64,000 bases of DNA from a candidate division WOR-3 bacterium (GCA_037481815.1 JBBFKX010000003.1:96001-160000), one strand, 5' to 3'; positions 1 through 10,139 are shown, counted from the first letter of the stretch. Notes: a model not told the origin generated them from the letters alone. A program made the numbers and translations.

Positions 1-919
1 TGTAAACATTTCCACTTATCTCGATTTTGGTGGAAATCTTTTTATGTCATCTCTTAACCTTGCAGAACAGTATGGGACAGGGAATCTTTTTTTAAAAAAA
101 TACCTTGGAATAGAATTATATAGTGACTCACAACCGTATTACACTTTCTATGGGTCATTAAACTCTTTCTGGGGAACGAATCCTGTTCTTGACACTTTTA
201 ATATTATAAGGCCATCAACAGGTTACGAACCAGATGTTGTATCGATAGTCGATTCTTTTACAGATACAGCATTCTATATGAGAACATCAAAGATAGCCGG
301 CACACATTTGGACAACAAACTTTTCAGAACAACATTTTTAACTTTTCCATTCCAGAGAGCCCAGACCCAGATAAAGGCCGGTTATCCGACAGATTCAATA
401 ATAAAGATTGCTCTTGTTGACGGTTTTAAATATGACCTATCAATAACTCCTATAACTTCAAGAATATCAGAGTACTTTTTCACATCTTCTTTTAAGAGAG
501 AAGGAGATAAAATCCTGTTGACACTTGTTTCAAACACAGATTTTGAAGGTTCTCTCACCATTTTAAAAAATTCAAACAAAATGGAACAGAAACAACTCAA
601 GGGGACATTTTTCAAATTTTATCTGAAATATGAACCTGGTGAATATTTAATTTTGGTAAATGATCTTAAAGGAGATACAGTTTATAAAAAGAGTTTCAAT
701 CTTGAAAATACAGGTTCAAATTTTGATTACTCTCTTAATGGGTTTATAAAAATAAACAGTTCACAAAAAACCGTTATCGAAGTTTTTGATATTTCAGGAA
801 AAATACGTAAAAGTATAAGGTTGGATGAGGGAGAAAATTTTGTTGATTTTTCAGATCTATGTTCTGGATATTATTTTATTAAATATGGTGGAAAAATTCA
901 AAAAGTACTAAAACTATAA
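1..919 (+). CDS. 5'-truncated secreted protein with a T9SS type A C-terminal sorting domain
   Basis: The frame is open from position 2, so the gene starts before the window. The C-terminus (IEVFDISGK...DFSDLCSGYYFIK...KVLKL) resembles a Por secretion CTD. Confidence 0.75.
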   Translation, partial: VNISTYLDFGGNLFMSSLNLAEQYGTGNLFLKKYLGIELYSDSQPYYTFYGSLNSFWGTNPVLDTFNIIRPSTGYEPDVVSIVDSFTDTAFYMRTSKIAGTHLDNKLFRTTFLTFPFQRAQTQIKAGYPTDSIIKIALVDGFKYDLSITPITSRISEYFFTSSFKREGDKILLTLVSNTDFEGSLTILKNSNKMEQKQLKGTFFKFYLKYEPGEYLILVNDLKGDTVYKKSFNLENTGSNFDYSLNGFIKINSSQKTVIEVFDISGKIRKSIRLDEGENFVDFSDLCSGYYFIKYGGKIQKVLKL

Positions 920-920
920 A

Positions 921-957
921 TGTAAATTTTCTTTTACATTGTAATAAATTTATTACA
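921..957. promoter_or_regulatory. Two tandem palindromic TGT-N12-ACA sites (candidate activator or operator boxes)
   Basis: TGTAAA-TTTTCT-TTTACA at 921-938 and the perfect palindrome TGTAATAAATTTATTACA at 940-957. Confidence 0.5.
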
Positions 958-1008
958 CATTTCCTCCTTATTCCTTTTTTATTTATCATTTAAATAACAA
1001 TTTAAGTT

Positions 1009-1024
1009 TAGCACAGAATTTGCT
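1009..1024 (+). promoter_or_regulatory. Sigma54-like -24/-12 element (imperfect)
   Basis: TAGCACAGAATTTGCT matches TGGCAC-N5-TTGC except AG in place of GG at -24. An AGGAGG SD and the ATG at 1048 follow. Confidence 0.3.
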
Positions 1025-1047
1025 TTCATCTATTCAAAGGAGGTTTT

Positions 1048-2082
1048 ATGAATTTTAACGATGAGATTTCAAATTTTATTGAAAAAAATATGGATGAACT
1101 GTCTGAACAAATTTTGAACAACCATCTTTTGATTGAAAATATTCAAAATTTCGATGAAAATAAAAAGGTTAAATCACTTGAAGATATAAAATACCATCTT
1201 CAATTTTTATCAAATTCAATAAAACTGGAAAGTAAAAAAAATTTTATTTCATATATTCTCTGGTGTGATAAACTTTTCAGTTCAATAAATCTATCAAGAA
1301 AGGACTTAATTGTAAATTTAAAAGCGATTAAAAACACTTTTAAATCATCTTTGAGCGAAGAAAATTTTAAAATTGTAAGCGAGTATATAGATGATGCTCT
1401 ATTCTATTTAAACGAAAGAACAATTTTTTCAAAAATCAACGAAAACGAAGAGTCCGAAAAATATTTATCCCTGGTACTTGAAGGTAAAAAGAAAGATGCT
1501 GAAAAATATATAGAAGAAAAAATAAAAAATGGATATCCTTTGGAGGATATATACATAAACATCCTCCAAAATGCACAACATAAAATCGGCTATCTCTGGC
1601 AAACAAACAAAATCAGTGTTGCACAGGAACATCTCGCAACATCCATCACAGAATACATAATGTCAAACCTTTATGAGTATATTTTCAAATCAAAAAAAAA
1701 CGGTTTGAAACTAATTTCATCCTGTGTTACAAAAGAACTTCATCAGATAGGTTTGAGGATGATCACAGATATACTTGAGTACCAAGGTTGGGATACCACA
1801 TATCTGGGAGCAAACACTCCAGACAATAGTATAATAGATATGTTGATAAAAAAAGATACTGACCTTCTGGCGATTTCTGTAACAATGTTTTTCAATATAA
1901 AAAGTGCGGAAAAATTGATAGAAAGGATCAGAAACGAAAAACAACTTTCTAAATTAAAAATACTTGTTGGGGGCTATCCTTTTAACACTGATCCAACTCT
2001 ATATAAAAAGATAGGAGCAGATTTTTACGCTAAAGATTGTAAAGATTGTTTAAAAGTAGTGAGGGAAAATTTTTATGTTTAA
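1048..2082 (+). CDS. Cobalamin-binding sensor protein (N-terminal globin/phycobilin-like domain plus CarH-type four-helix and Rossmann B12 domain)
   Basis: W-x9-EH (WQTNKISVAQEH), ExHxxG (ELHQIG), SVT and GG motifs. Helical N-terminal domain containing KSLEDIKYHL. AGGAGG SD. Confidence 0.85.
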   Translation: MNFNDEISNFIEKNMDELSEQILNNHLLIENIQNFDENKKVKSLEDIKYHLQFLSNSIKLESKKNFISYILWCDKLFSSINLSRKDLIVNLKAIKNTFKSSLSEENFKIVSEYIDDALFYLNERTIFSKINENEESEKYLSLVLEGKKKDAEKYIEEKIKNGYPLEDIYINILQNAQHKIGYLWQTNKISVAQEHLATSITEYIMSNLYEYIFKSKKNGLKLISSCVTKELHQIGLRMITDILEYQGWDTTYLGANTPDNSIIDMLIKKDTDLLAISVTMFFNIKSAEKLIERIRNEKQLSKLKILVGGYPFNTDPTLYKKIGADFYAKDCKDCLKVVRENFYV

Positions 2083-3664
2083 ACAACCGTTCAACAGAGA
2101 AGGATACTTTTTCATCAAGAAGGTTAAAGAAAATTATTTTTATATTCTTGATGAACCATACATCGAGATTGGCCCCTTTAATATATACGATCTGATATTG
2201 AAAGATGAAGGTATGAGGTTTGAGAGATTTATAGAAAATATAGAAAAAAATGGTTTTTCTGCAAATCTTGAAATCAACTGTTTGCTTGATGGTTTAAAAA
2301 CCTTGAAATTTTCAGGAATCAAAAATAAAGATGAGACATTAATCTTGGTTCACTCCACTTTTGAATCTTTCTGTTCGGGAATCAAAAAAATAAAAATGTT
2401 TTTAACAGATTCTTTTGAACAAAAAAATTTTTTACAAAATATTAAAAATAATGTAAAAAAAGAAAACGAGTATACAAAAAATCTCTTGGATGAAATAAAA
2501 GATCTAAACAACCAACTTCTCGATTCAAAAAGGGAGTTAATCAAAACGAATATAAAACTCGAAACAATAAACGAACAAAAAAATATTCTTCTTGGAACTG
2601 TAGCTCATGATTTAAGAAATCCTCTTAACTGTATAATTAACTTTTCTAAATTTCTTTTAGAAAATTTTAACGGTCCAGAAGAACAAAAAGAGATGATAAA
2701 TGAAATTCACACAGCGAGTTCTTTCATGGTATCCCTTGTGAATGGACTTTTAGACTTTTCTTCAATAGAATCCGGTAAGGTTGATTTAAAACTTGAGAAA
2801 AAGGACTTATTTGAACTCGTTTCACACTCAGTAAAAATTTTAAAAAACATCGCCGATAGAAAAGAAATAAAAATAAGTTTAAGTAAAACACAAGAAAATT
2901 TTTACAGTTCGATAGATATTTACAAGATGGTTTCGGTAATCGAAAACCTTTTGTCGAATGCTATAAAGTATACACCAAAAGGTGGGCAAATTTTTATATC
3001 TCTGTATTCTAAAGATTCTTACAACTATATAGAAATTCAGGATACAGGAATAGGAATCGATAAAGATGATCTTGAAAAGATTTTTGACAAGTTTCAAACA
3101 ACAAAATCAAAACCAACAGATGGGGAAAATTCAACAGGCCTTGGGCTGTACATAGTAAAAAAAATAGTTACCTCACATAATGGAGATATAAAAATAGAAA
3201 GTCAAAAGAACAAAGGAACTCTTGTCAAAATCCGTTTACAAAAGTTAATCGATTTTGAAGAGACGAAAACAAGATTCGATATACCAGATGAAAACAAAAA
3301 AGTGCTTATCGCTGATGATGTTGAAACCAACTGTAAAATCCTAAAAAAACTTCTTGAAAAATATAATTTTTTTGTTGATTTTACTTTAAATGGAACAGAG
3401 ACGATTCAAAAGATAAAAGAAAATAAGTATTCGATTCTTTTTCTTGATATAGAACTCAACGATATCAGTGGGTTAAAGATCGCTGAAAAATATAAAAATG
3501 AATTCAATCTGTACATTGTTGGTATAAGCGGCTCAACAAATATAAAATCTGAGTATTTTGACGATTACCTTGAAAAACCTTTCGATGAAAATAAACTGGA
3601 AAGAGTTGTTGAAAGATTTTTCAAACATATTCAGAGTGTTAATTCAAAAATATCCATTGGATAG
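2075..3664 (+). CDS. Hybrid sensor histidine kinase with C-terminal receiver
   Basis: H-box AHDLRNPL, N-box NLLSNAIKY, DTGIGI and GLGL. Receiver motifs ADD...LD...KP. Overlaps the upstream gene by 8 nt. Confidence 0.92.
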   Translation: MFKQPFNREGYFFIKKVKENYFYILDEPYIEIGPFNIYDLILKDEGMRFERFIENIEKNGFSANLEINCLLDGLKTLKFSGIKNKDETLILVHSTFESFCSGIKKIKMFLTDSFEQKNFLQNIKNNVKKENEYTKNLLDEIKDLNNQLLDSKRELIKTNIKLETINEQKNILLGTVAHDLRNPLNCIINFSKFLLENFNGPEEQKEMINEIHTASSFMVSLVNGLLDFSSIESGKVDLKLEKKDLFELVSHSVKILKNIADRKEIKISLSKTQENFYSSIDIYKMVSVIENLLSNAIKYTPKGGQIFISLYSKDSYNYIEIQDTGIGIDKDDLEKIFDKFQTTKSKPTDGENSTGLGLYIVKKIVTSHNGDIKIESQKNKGTLVKIRLQKLIDFEETKTRFDIPDENKKVLIADDVETNCKILKKLLEKYNFFVDFTLNGTETIQKIKENKYSILFLDIELNDISGLKIAEKYKNEFNLYIVGISGSTNIKSEYFDDYLEKPFDENKLERVVERFFKHIQSVNSKISIG

Positions 3665-3674
3665 TTTTTAAAGA

Positions 3675-4484
3675 TCATTTCCTTGCTATAAAAACTACAA
3701 GAGGACTAAAATTTTTTGAATCAAAATTCAAAGAGTCAGGTTTCATCCTGTAAAAAATGTAGAGGATTTTTTGTATTTTCATCATAAGATCAAAAATTTT
3801 CTTTTTGTTTTTTGAAGGGTTGAACTGATAAATATCAAAAATACCTGCGTAACCTAAAAAGCAAATTTTTATATGATTTTTTTTAGCAAAATCTTCAAAA
3901 AAAGATAGTTTCATCGTTTCAAGATTGTGACCTTCAAGAGATTTTTCATTCAAAAATCTTGTTATTATTTTATTGAAACCTGTTTTGTTTGGAACCGTTA
4001 CAACAAGATATCCATCCTTCTTTAAAATCTTTAAATGTCTTTTTAAAACTTGTTCTGGATCATCAAAATGTTCTATAAAACCTCTCGATACAACAAGATC
4101 AAAAAAACCTTCATATCTATCGATCGTTTGAGAAAAAAAATCGGCAAAAATAACGTTTGTTTCATCATATCCTTTCATTTGAAAGACCTTTTTGTTCATC
4201 TCATATCCTGTTGAAGAGATTTCGATACCGAACGGAATTGATTTCAACTCTTTTGCAACCTCACATATAAAATAACCTGGTGCTGAACCTATTTCTACAA
4301 TCTTGTTAATTTTTTTACCTTTTAACCTATCATAGATAATTTTTAAAATTATCTCGTTCACATAGGGAGATAACAATCTTGAAAATTTAGAAAATTTAGA
4401 AAATTTTGATATGTACATCTGATCATCAATTTTTTCTTTGTTATATTTTTCATCCCAAAATTTTTTTGATAACAAATTTTTCAT
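3675..4484 (-). CDS. Class I SAM-dependent methyltransferase
   Basis: VEIGSAPG motif I, FDLVVSRGFIEH, LKKDGYLVVTVPN. Confidence 0.85.
   Translation of the reverse strand: MKNLLSKKFWDEKYNKEKIDDQMYISKFSKFSKFSRLLSPYVNEIILKIIYDRLKGKKINKIVEIGSAPGYFICEVAKELKSIPFGIEISSTGYEMNKKVFQMKGYDETNVIFADFFSQTIDRYEGFFDLVVSRGFIEHFDDPEQVLKRHLKILKKDGYLVVTVPNKTGFNKIITRFLNEKSLEGHNLETMKLSFFEDFAKKNHIKICFLGYAGIFDIYQFNPSKNKKKIFDLMMKIQKILYIFYRMKPDSLNFDSKNFSPLVVFIARK
4381..4407. repeat. 9-bp tandem repeat x3 (in frame, SKF-SKF-SKF)
   Basis: GAAAATTTA GAAAATTTA GAAAATTTT inside the methyltransferase gene. Confidence 0.6.
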
Positions 4485-4488
4485 AATT

Positions 4489-5607
4489 TCACTTTAAAAA
4501 CTTATGGTAACATCTCCTTCTTTTGTGTTGTCTATGTTCAAAATGTTTCCAGAAAGATTGGATCTTAAAATTGTTTTCAAGTTCTCCACTCGTTTCCGCA
4601 GAAATTATTTTGTTTTTTATACATGACTTTGCTATTTCAGTTATCAGAAGTGCATTAACTCCCAAATCCTGATACTCTTTTTTTACAGCTACAAGATAAA
4701 GATCTATTTTTTCTGGAAACTTGAGAGCCCATAGAATATGTATGAATCCAAATGGGAATATTTTTCCATTAGATCTTTGTAACGCTTTTGACAAAGAAGG
4801 CATCGCTATCCCAAATCCAACAGGATTCTTATCTTTATCAACAACTATCTTAACATAATCCGGGTTTATGAATCCAAAATATTGATTGGTATACATTTCC
4901 ATCTGTTCTCTATCAAGTGGAACAAAACCGTACAAATTTGAATACGATTCATTCAATATTTCAAAAATATTTATCGCATACTTTTTAAGTTCTTTTGCAC
5001 TTTTTGTTTCCAAAACTGATACTCGCAACTTTTCTTTTACTATCTCGTTGACTCTTAAAATTTTTTCGGGAATATTCTTTGGGACCTTAACCTCAAACTC
5101 TACCCAATCGATATCCTTTTCATAACCAAGTTTTTTCATATGTTGTTGATAGTACTCATAATTGTAAATCATCGGAAGTGTTCCAAGTTCATTGAAACCT
5201 TCGATCAACATTCCTTCAGGATCAAGATCTGTAAACCCCATAGGCCCATGACTTTCAAAAATACCGTTACTTCTCAACCAATCCTCGTATGTTGAAAAGA
5301 GTAAGGAGGAAACATCAAAATCATCAACAAAATCAACCCACCCAAACCTTCTAATATTTTTCTTCCATATCTCTATTTCTTTTTTATTGATTATTCCAAC
5401 TATTCTTCCCAAAACTCTATTTCCATCTTCAACTATCCATATTTTAACATCTGAATATTTGAATGCGGGATTCTTTTCTTCTTTTAAAGTGTTCAGTAGA
5501 TCATCTCTCAAAGGTGGGACAAAAAATTTACAATCTTTATATAAAAAATATTGAAAATCTATAAACCTTTTTAAATCCTTTTTACTTTTAACCTCTACGA
5601 TTCTCAC
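4489..5607 (-). CDS. YghO-like GNAT-fold protein
   Basis: GRIVGIIN...RFGWVDF, GPMGFTDLDPEGMLIEGF, YNYEYY and ELENN motifs typical of this conserved family. Confidence 0.7.
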   Translation of the reverse strand: MRIVEVKSKKDLKRFIDFQYFLYKDCKFFVPPLRDDLLNTLKEEKNPAFKYSDVKIWIVEDGNRVLGRIVGIINKKEIEIWKKNIRRFGWVDFVDDFDVSSLLFSTYEDWLRSNGIFESHGPMGFTDLDPEGMLIEGFNELGTLPMIYNYEYYQQHMKKLGYEKDIDWVEFEVKVPKNIPEKILRVNEIVKEKLRVSVLETKSAKELKKYAINIFEILNESYSNLYGFVPLDREQMEMYTNQYFGFINPDYVKIVVDKDKNPVGFGIAMPSLSKALQRSNGKIFPFGFIHILWALKFPEKIDLYLVAVKKEYQDLGVNALLITEIAKSCIKNKIISAETSGELENNFKIQSFWKHFEHRQHKRRRCYHKFLK

Positions 5608-6518
5608 CTTATCTCCAGCATCCTTTCTATCGCTTTGTATGCTTTAATTCTCACATCTTCTTCAACATAAATACTTTCTCCTCCTTCTCCTTTCAGAGAA
5701 AAAAGTATCTCTTTGAGTGTGGTTTTTTTCATATTTTTACACAAGGCCTTTGGTTTTTCTCTTAGAGGATAGAAGATTTTTTCTGGATAGATTTTTTTCA
5801 ACCTGTATATCAACCCTTCTTCTGTTCCAACAACAAATTCTTTTTTCTTACTTTCTTTAGGATAATTTATCATACCTCCGGTTGAAAGGATAACATCACT
5901 CAAAAGTTGAACCTCTTCGGGAGCTTCAGGATGTATCATAATTACAGCATCTGGATATTTTTCCCTCGCTCTTTTGATATCAAAAATGTTGAACTGGTTA
6001 TGAACATAACAAAAACCTTCATAGGTTATAATTTTTTTGTCTGTGTTTCTTCTAACATAGGATGCAAGATTTTTATCAGGTAAAAAAATTATCTCTTTTA
6101 CATCGAGCGAGTTCACAATTTTGATAGCGTTTGCTGATGTACAACAGATATCTGATATCGATTTGATAAGTGCAGTTGTGTTAACATATGAGACGGTTTT
6201 TGCAAAAGGATTTTCTTTTTGAATTTTTTGAACCTTTTCGATATCAACCATATCAGCCATCTCGCAACCTGCAGAAGGAACAGGAAGTATTATATTTTTT
6301 TCCGGTGAAAGGATTTTTGCTGTTTCAGCCATAAATCTTACACCTGCAAAGATCACATTTTTTTTGTCTATATCTTTTATGATTCTACTGAGTTCGAGAG
6401 AATCCCCTATAAAATCTGCAACATCCTGAACATCACCGATCTGATAGTTGTGTGCTATTATGGTAAAATTTTTCTCTTTCTTTAACCTTATAATCTCTTC
6501 TTTTATATTATTTCTCAC
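5604..6518 (-). CDS. nadA: Quinolinate synthase A
   Basis: AHNYQ, GDSLEL, GVRFMAE, AGCEMA, YVNT, CTSANA, CYVH, HPE, CKNMK. Confidence 0.96.
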   Translation of the reverse strand: MRNNIKEEIIRLKKEKNFTIIAHNYQIGDVQDVADFIGDSLELSRIIKDIDKKNVIFAGVRFMAETAKILSPEKNIILPVPSAGCEMADMVDIEKVQKIQKENPFAKTVSYVNTTALIKSISDICCTSANAIKIVNSLDVKEIIFLPDKNLASYVRRNTDKKIITYEGFCYVHNQFNIFDIKRAREKYPDAVIMIHPEAPEEVQLLSDVILSTGGMINYPKESKKKEFVVGTEEGLIYRLKKIYPEKIFYPLREKPKALCKNMKKTTLKEILFSLKGEGGESIYVEEDVRIKAYKAIERMLEIR

Positions 6519-7083
6519 TGTAGATCTCCATCAAAATTTTTCCAGCTTTCAAATACACAAACTTTTTATCAACCAACTTTATTATTATGCTGTTTTTTTC
6601 ATCTTTCCAGTATATTGTATCATTAAACATGGTTTTGTTCAATTCAAAATCTCCATGTATCATGGAACAGTTGTAAATATCTTTTTCATAGTATTTAAAA
6701 AAAAATGGAAGTATAAGCCAATCGTTTGGTTCATACTTCAATCCATAATAAACTTTTTTCTTCTCTCCAGTTAGAAATGTTTCTATGGAATTTTCAAGAA
6801 ACTTTACTGTCCCTTCGCTTTTCACTCCCGCCCTTTTGTATTTTGAAATTATTTCTATTGCTTTTTTTTCTTTGATGTTTATCTTTCCTAAATTTTCTAT
6901 TTTTACTAAACCAAAAGCGATATTCGTTTTTATGTCAACATATAGAGTATCTCCCAACACATAATCTTTTATAACACTTGTTCCTGAAAATGAATCCATT
7001 TTGACTCTGTAACTTTTCTGTTCAGAAAATATCGGGATAAAAAGAAGTAAAACTATGAATATAGAATTAATCGATTTTTGCAA
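6508..7083 (-). CDS. Hypothetical exported protein
   Basis: ORF 6508-7146. The likely start is TTG at 7083, overlapping the tyrS end and giving a signal-peptide-like N-terminus. Start is uncertain. Confidence 0.55.
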   Translation of the reverse strand: MQKSINSIFIVLLLFIPIFSEQKSYRVKMDSFSGTSVIKDYVLGDTLYVDIKTNIAFGLVKIENLGKINIKEKKAIEIISKYKRAGVKSEGTVKFLENSIETFLTGEKKKVYYGLKYEPNDWLILPFFFKYYEKDIYNCSMIHGDFELNKTMFNDTIYWKDEKNSIIIKLVDKKFVYLKAGKILMEIYSEK

Positions 7084-8272
7084 ATTTTTTCTTTCCAACC
7101 TGAATGATATCACCTTTTTGTGGGGTATAGATATAGTTGAAATCATCTATTACTGTATTGTTGATTTTCAAACCTTTTCCTTTTATGATTCTGCTCGCTT
7201 CTGAAGTTGAATCTGTAAGATTGTACTTCTTTAAAAAACTTGTTATTTTTATCTCTTTATCATCCTCTGAAACCTTTATCAAAGGTATCTGATCTGGAAC
7301 ACCTTTTTCTCGAAAAACTCTGTTGAACTCTTCTTCACACCTTTCACTCTCATCTTTTGAGTAATACATTTCAACAATTTTTTTTGCAAGAATCACTTTA
7401 TAATCTCTTGGGTTTTTCCCTTCCTTCATTTCATTTTCGTACTGTTTAATTTTATCTTCTGAAATATCGGTTGTAAGCAACATGTATTTGGTTATCAGGT
7501 TATCAGGTATTGACATCAATTTCCCGAAAATTTGAGTCGGAGTTTCAGTTATCCCGACATAGTTATCGTACGACTTTGACATTTTTCTTGTTCCATCAAT
7601 ACCTTCAAGAAGTGGCAAAGTCATTATCACCTGACCAGGTAATCCATACTCTTCCTGGATCTCCCTTCCCAACAGGAGATTAAATTTTTGATCTGTCCCA
7701 CCAAGTTCAATATCCGCCCTGACAGCAACCGAATCGTATGCCTGAAACAAAGGATACAGAAATTCGTGAAGGGAAATTGGAATACCATTCTTATATCTCT
7801 GATCAAAATAATCACGTTCAAGCATTCTTGCTACAGTCATCTTTGAAGATAATTTGATTATTTCCTGTGGTGAAAGTTTATCAGACCATTCTCCGTTCAA
7901 CCTAATCTCTGTCTTTTCTGGATCAAGTATTTTGAAAACCTGCTCCTTATAATTTTTTAGATTTTCTTTAATCTCATCATCTGAAAGTTGAGGTCTCGTT
8001 TTGTTTTTGCCTGTAGGATCTCCTATTTTACCGGTGAAATCACCGAAAATCAAAACTGCTGTATGGCCAAACTCCTGAAATTTTCTTAATTTTCTTAAAG
8101 GTATTGTAAAACCAAGATGTATATATGGCCCAGAAGCGTCTATTCCAAGTTTTACTCTTAAAGGTCTATTCTCTTTTTTGGAAATGATAAGTTTTTTTTC
8201 AAGTTCACCTTCTGGGAGTATATCGACACAACCTCTTGAAAGTTCAGATAAAATTTCTTTTAAATTTTCCAT
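7067..8272 (-). CDS. tyrS: Tyrosine--tRNA ligase
   Basis: HLGF (HIGH-like), KMSKS, YPLFQAYD, GGTDQKFN and a C-terminal S4 domain. Confidence 0.97.
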   Translation of the reverse strand: MENLKEILSELSRGCVDILPEGELEKKLIISKKENRPLRVKLGIDASGPYIHLGFTIPLRKLRKFQEFGHTAVLIFGDFTGKIGDPTGKNKTRPQLSDDEIKENLKNYKEQVFKILDPEKTEIRLNGEWSDKLSPQEIIKLSSKMTVARMLERDYFDQRYKNGIPISLHEFLYPLFQAYDSVAVRADIELGGTDQKFNLLLGREIQEEYGLPGQVIMTLPLLEGIDGTRKMSKSYDNYVGITETPTQIFGKLMSIPDNLITKYMLLTTDISEDKIKQYENEMKEGKNPRDYKVILAKKIVEMYYSKDESERCEEEFNRVFREKGVPDQIPLIKVSEDDKEIKITSFLKKYNLTDSTSEASRIIKGKGLKINNTVIDDFNYIYTPQKGDIIQVGKKKFAKID

Positions 8273-8283
8273 AATTTAAAAAA

Positions 8284-8356
8284 TGACGGCACAGGGACTC
8301 GAACCCCGGACACGAGGATTATGATTCCTCTGCTCTACCGACTGAGCTATGCCGCC
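8284..8356 (-). tRNA. tRNA with CAU anticodon, probably elongator tRNA-Met (CCA not encoded)
   Basis: Cloverleaf GGCGGCA...TGCCGTC-A, anticodon arm GAGGA-ATCATAA-TCCTC, GTTCGAG T-loop. Paired 1-72 argues against an initiator. tRNA-Ile2 is not fully excluded. Confidence 0.93.
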
Positions 8357-8363
8357 ATAGTTT

Positions 8364-10139
8364 TTATCTATAATCTATTACATTATATTTTTTTCTTAAC
8401 TGGTTCATCCAATCGTTTATAACAGATTGTTGTTTTGCCTGATGTAGTGCCTGAAAATATTTTGTATAATATTCCTGTATTTTTTCCTTACCTGGTTCTT
8501 CAATTTTCAAAACTCTAAAAATATATCCGTAATTTTCACCAGTAAGATAATAAACTTTTTGGACCTCTGATGCAAAAGCGGCACCAAAGAATTGATACTG
8601 GTTGTCAACATCAGGCAACTTTTCAGAGATCGTCTGCTCTTTTGTTTTATGATAAATAAGTTTATTCTTTTTTGCAAAATTTTCAAGTGATAAATTTTCA
8701 CTCTTGATCTGATCAACATGCTGTGACAATTTTAATGCTGACATGATCTTTCTCTTTTTCCCAATCATATAATTTTTTACCTGTTCCTTTACATCCTCAA
8801 AATTTACCTCTTTTGAAACAATTTTGTTATCAATTCTTGCTATTATAAACCTATCGGGAAGTTCAATCACTTTAACATCGTTTTCATTTGAACTCTTCAC
8901 AAAGTTTATTATCCTTTGAGGGTTATCAAAACCTGCAAGATACCCATCCTCAGGGTTAAAAGATTTTGTGGTATATACTTTTAGAGATTCTTTTTCTGCA
9001 ATTTTTTCCAGTCCTTCTTCTTTTATTCTGTTTAACAGATTATCACATCTCTGTTTTATTGAGGATACGGTTTCATAAGATGGTAGAGTTCTGATAAGTA
9101 TATGACTTGCTTTGATTGAATCTTTTTTGACATCATCAACCTTGATCAGATGCCATCCATAAACAGTTTTAACAGGTTTTGAAATCTCTCCAACTTTTAA
9201 GCCGAACGCTGCATCTTCAAACTCTTTGACCATTTGACCTTTTTTAAAATATCCAAGAGATCCTCCATTTGGTGCTGAACCATAATCATCAGAATAGAGT
9301 TGCGCTGCCTTCTCAAATGTAAGATTCCCATTCAAAATGTCATTTCTAAGTCCTTCGATATTTTCTTTTGCGTTCAAAACATCTTCACTGGAAGGAGTTT
9401 TTGGTATTTCTACATATGAAATAACAACTTCTTGATCTTTCTGGAAAACATATTTCTTTCTTTCAAAATATTCTTTTGCTTCCTGATCAGAAACTGTTGG
9501 TGGAACATCTATAACAGTTGGAACAACAACATATTCAACCTGAATTTTTGTCTCATTCAGTTTTATCAATCTTCCAATTTCATCGTTCTGTATTTTTATT
9601 CCAGAAACGAGGTCAGATTGTATCTTAACCTTTGGAAGATTTTCCATTATCTGATTGTAATAAGAAATTTTGAATTCACTGTTATTTGGATCATCTATGA
9701 TCTGTCTATAAAGTTGATAATCAAATTTCCCATCCTTGTAAAACCTTTCATCATTTTTGATCTCCTGTGGTGGGACATTGTAAAGTATATCCAAAATCTC
9801 CTGCTGATCAAAAGTATAGTCGTACTTCCTTATTACATCATCAAAAATGATCTTCGTTACAACCTGGTTAAACGCCTGATCAAGAAGTTCATTTTCTGTC
9901 TGTTGATCGAGGTTTGTTCTGTTTGTGTTTGCAAGATAAGTTTTTCTTAACTTCAGGAATTCATCGTTTAACTGATTATAGGTTATTTTGGTCTTGTTAA
10001 CTTTTCCGACAAAGTTTCCTCTTTCAGGATTGTTTGAGGATGCAAGGTTCATACCCCAATCAAGAAAAATGAATAAAACAAATGAGAGTATAACTATAAC
10101 AAACACTATGGTCATATTTTTTCTCAATTTTGACATCAT
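8364..10139 (-). CDS. PpiD/SurA-like parvulin peptidyl-prolyl isomerase
   Basis: N-terminal TM, SurA_N-like region, rotamase motif YSDD...GGSLGYF...MVKEFEDAAF...YGWHLIKV. Confidence 0.9.
   Translation of the reverse strand: MMSKLRKNMTIVFVIVILSFVLFIFLDWGMNLASSNNPERGNFVGKVNKTKITYNQLNDEFLKLRKTYLANTNRTNLDQQTENELLDQAFNQVVTKIIFDDVIRKYDYTFDQQEILDILYNVPPQEIKNDERFYKDGKFDYQLYRQIIDDPNNSEFKISYYNQIMENLPKVKIQSDLVSGIKIQNDEIGRLIKLNETKIQVEYVVVPTVIDVPPTVSDQEAKEYFERKKYVFQKDQEVVISYVEIPKTPSSEDVLNAKENIEGLRNDILNGNLTFEKAAQLYSDDYGSAPNGGSLGYFKKGQMVKEFEDAAFGLKVGEISKPVKTVYGWHLIKVDDVKKDSIKASHILIRTLPSYETVSSIKQRCDNLLNRIKEEGLEKIAEKESLKVYTTKSFNPEDGYLAGFDNPQRIINFVKSSNENDVKVIELPDRFIIARIDNKIVSKEVNFEDVKEQVKNYMIGKKRKIMSALKLSQHVDQIKSENLSLENFAKKNKLIYHKTKEQTISEKLPDVDNQYQFFGAAFASEVQKVYYLTGENYGYIFRVLKIEEPGKEKIQEYYTKYFQALHQAKQQSVINDWMNQLRKKYNVIDYR

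Noticed and set aside
920..1047. Cobalamin riboswitch upstream of the B12-binding gene
   Set aside because: The region is short and very AT-rich, with no recognisable B12-box or GGGAA core.
4381..4407. 9-bp tandem repeat as a phase-variation switch
   Set aside because: The unit is a multiple of 3 with only three copies, so copy changes would not switch the frame.
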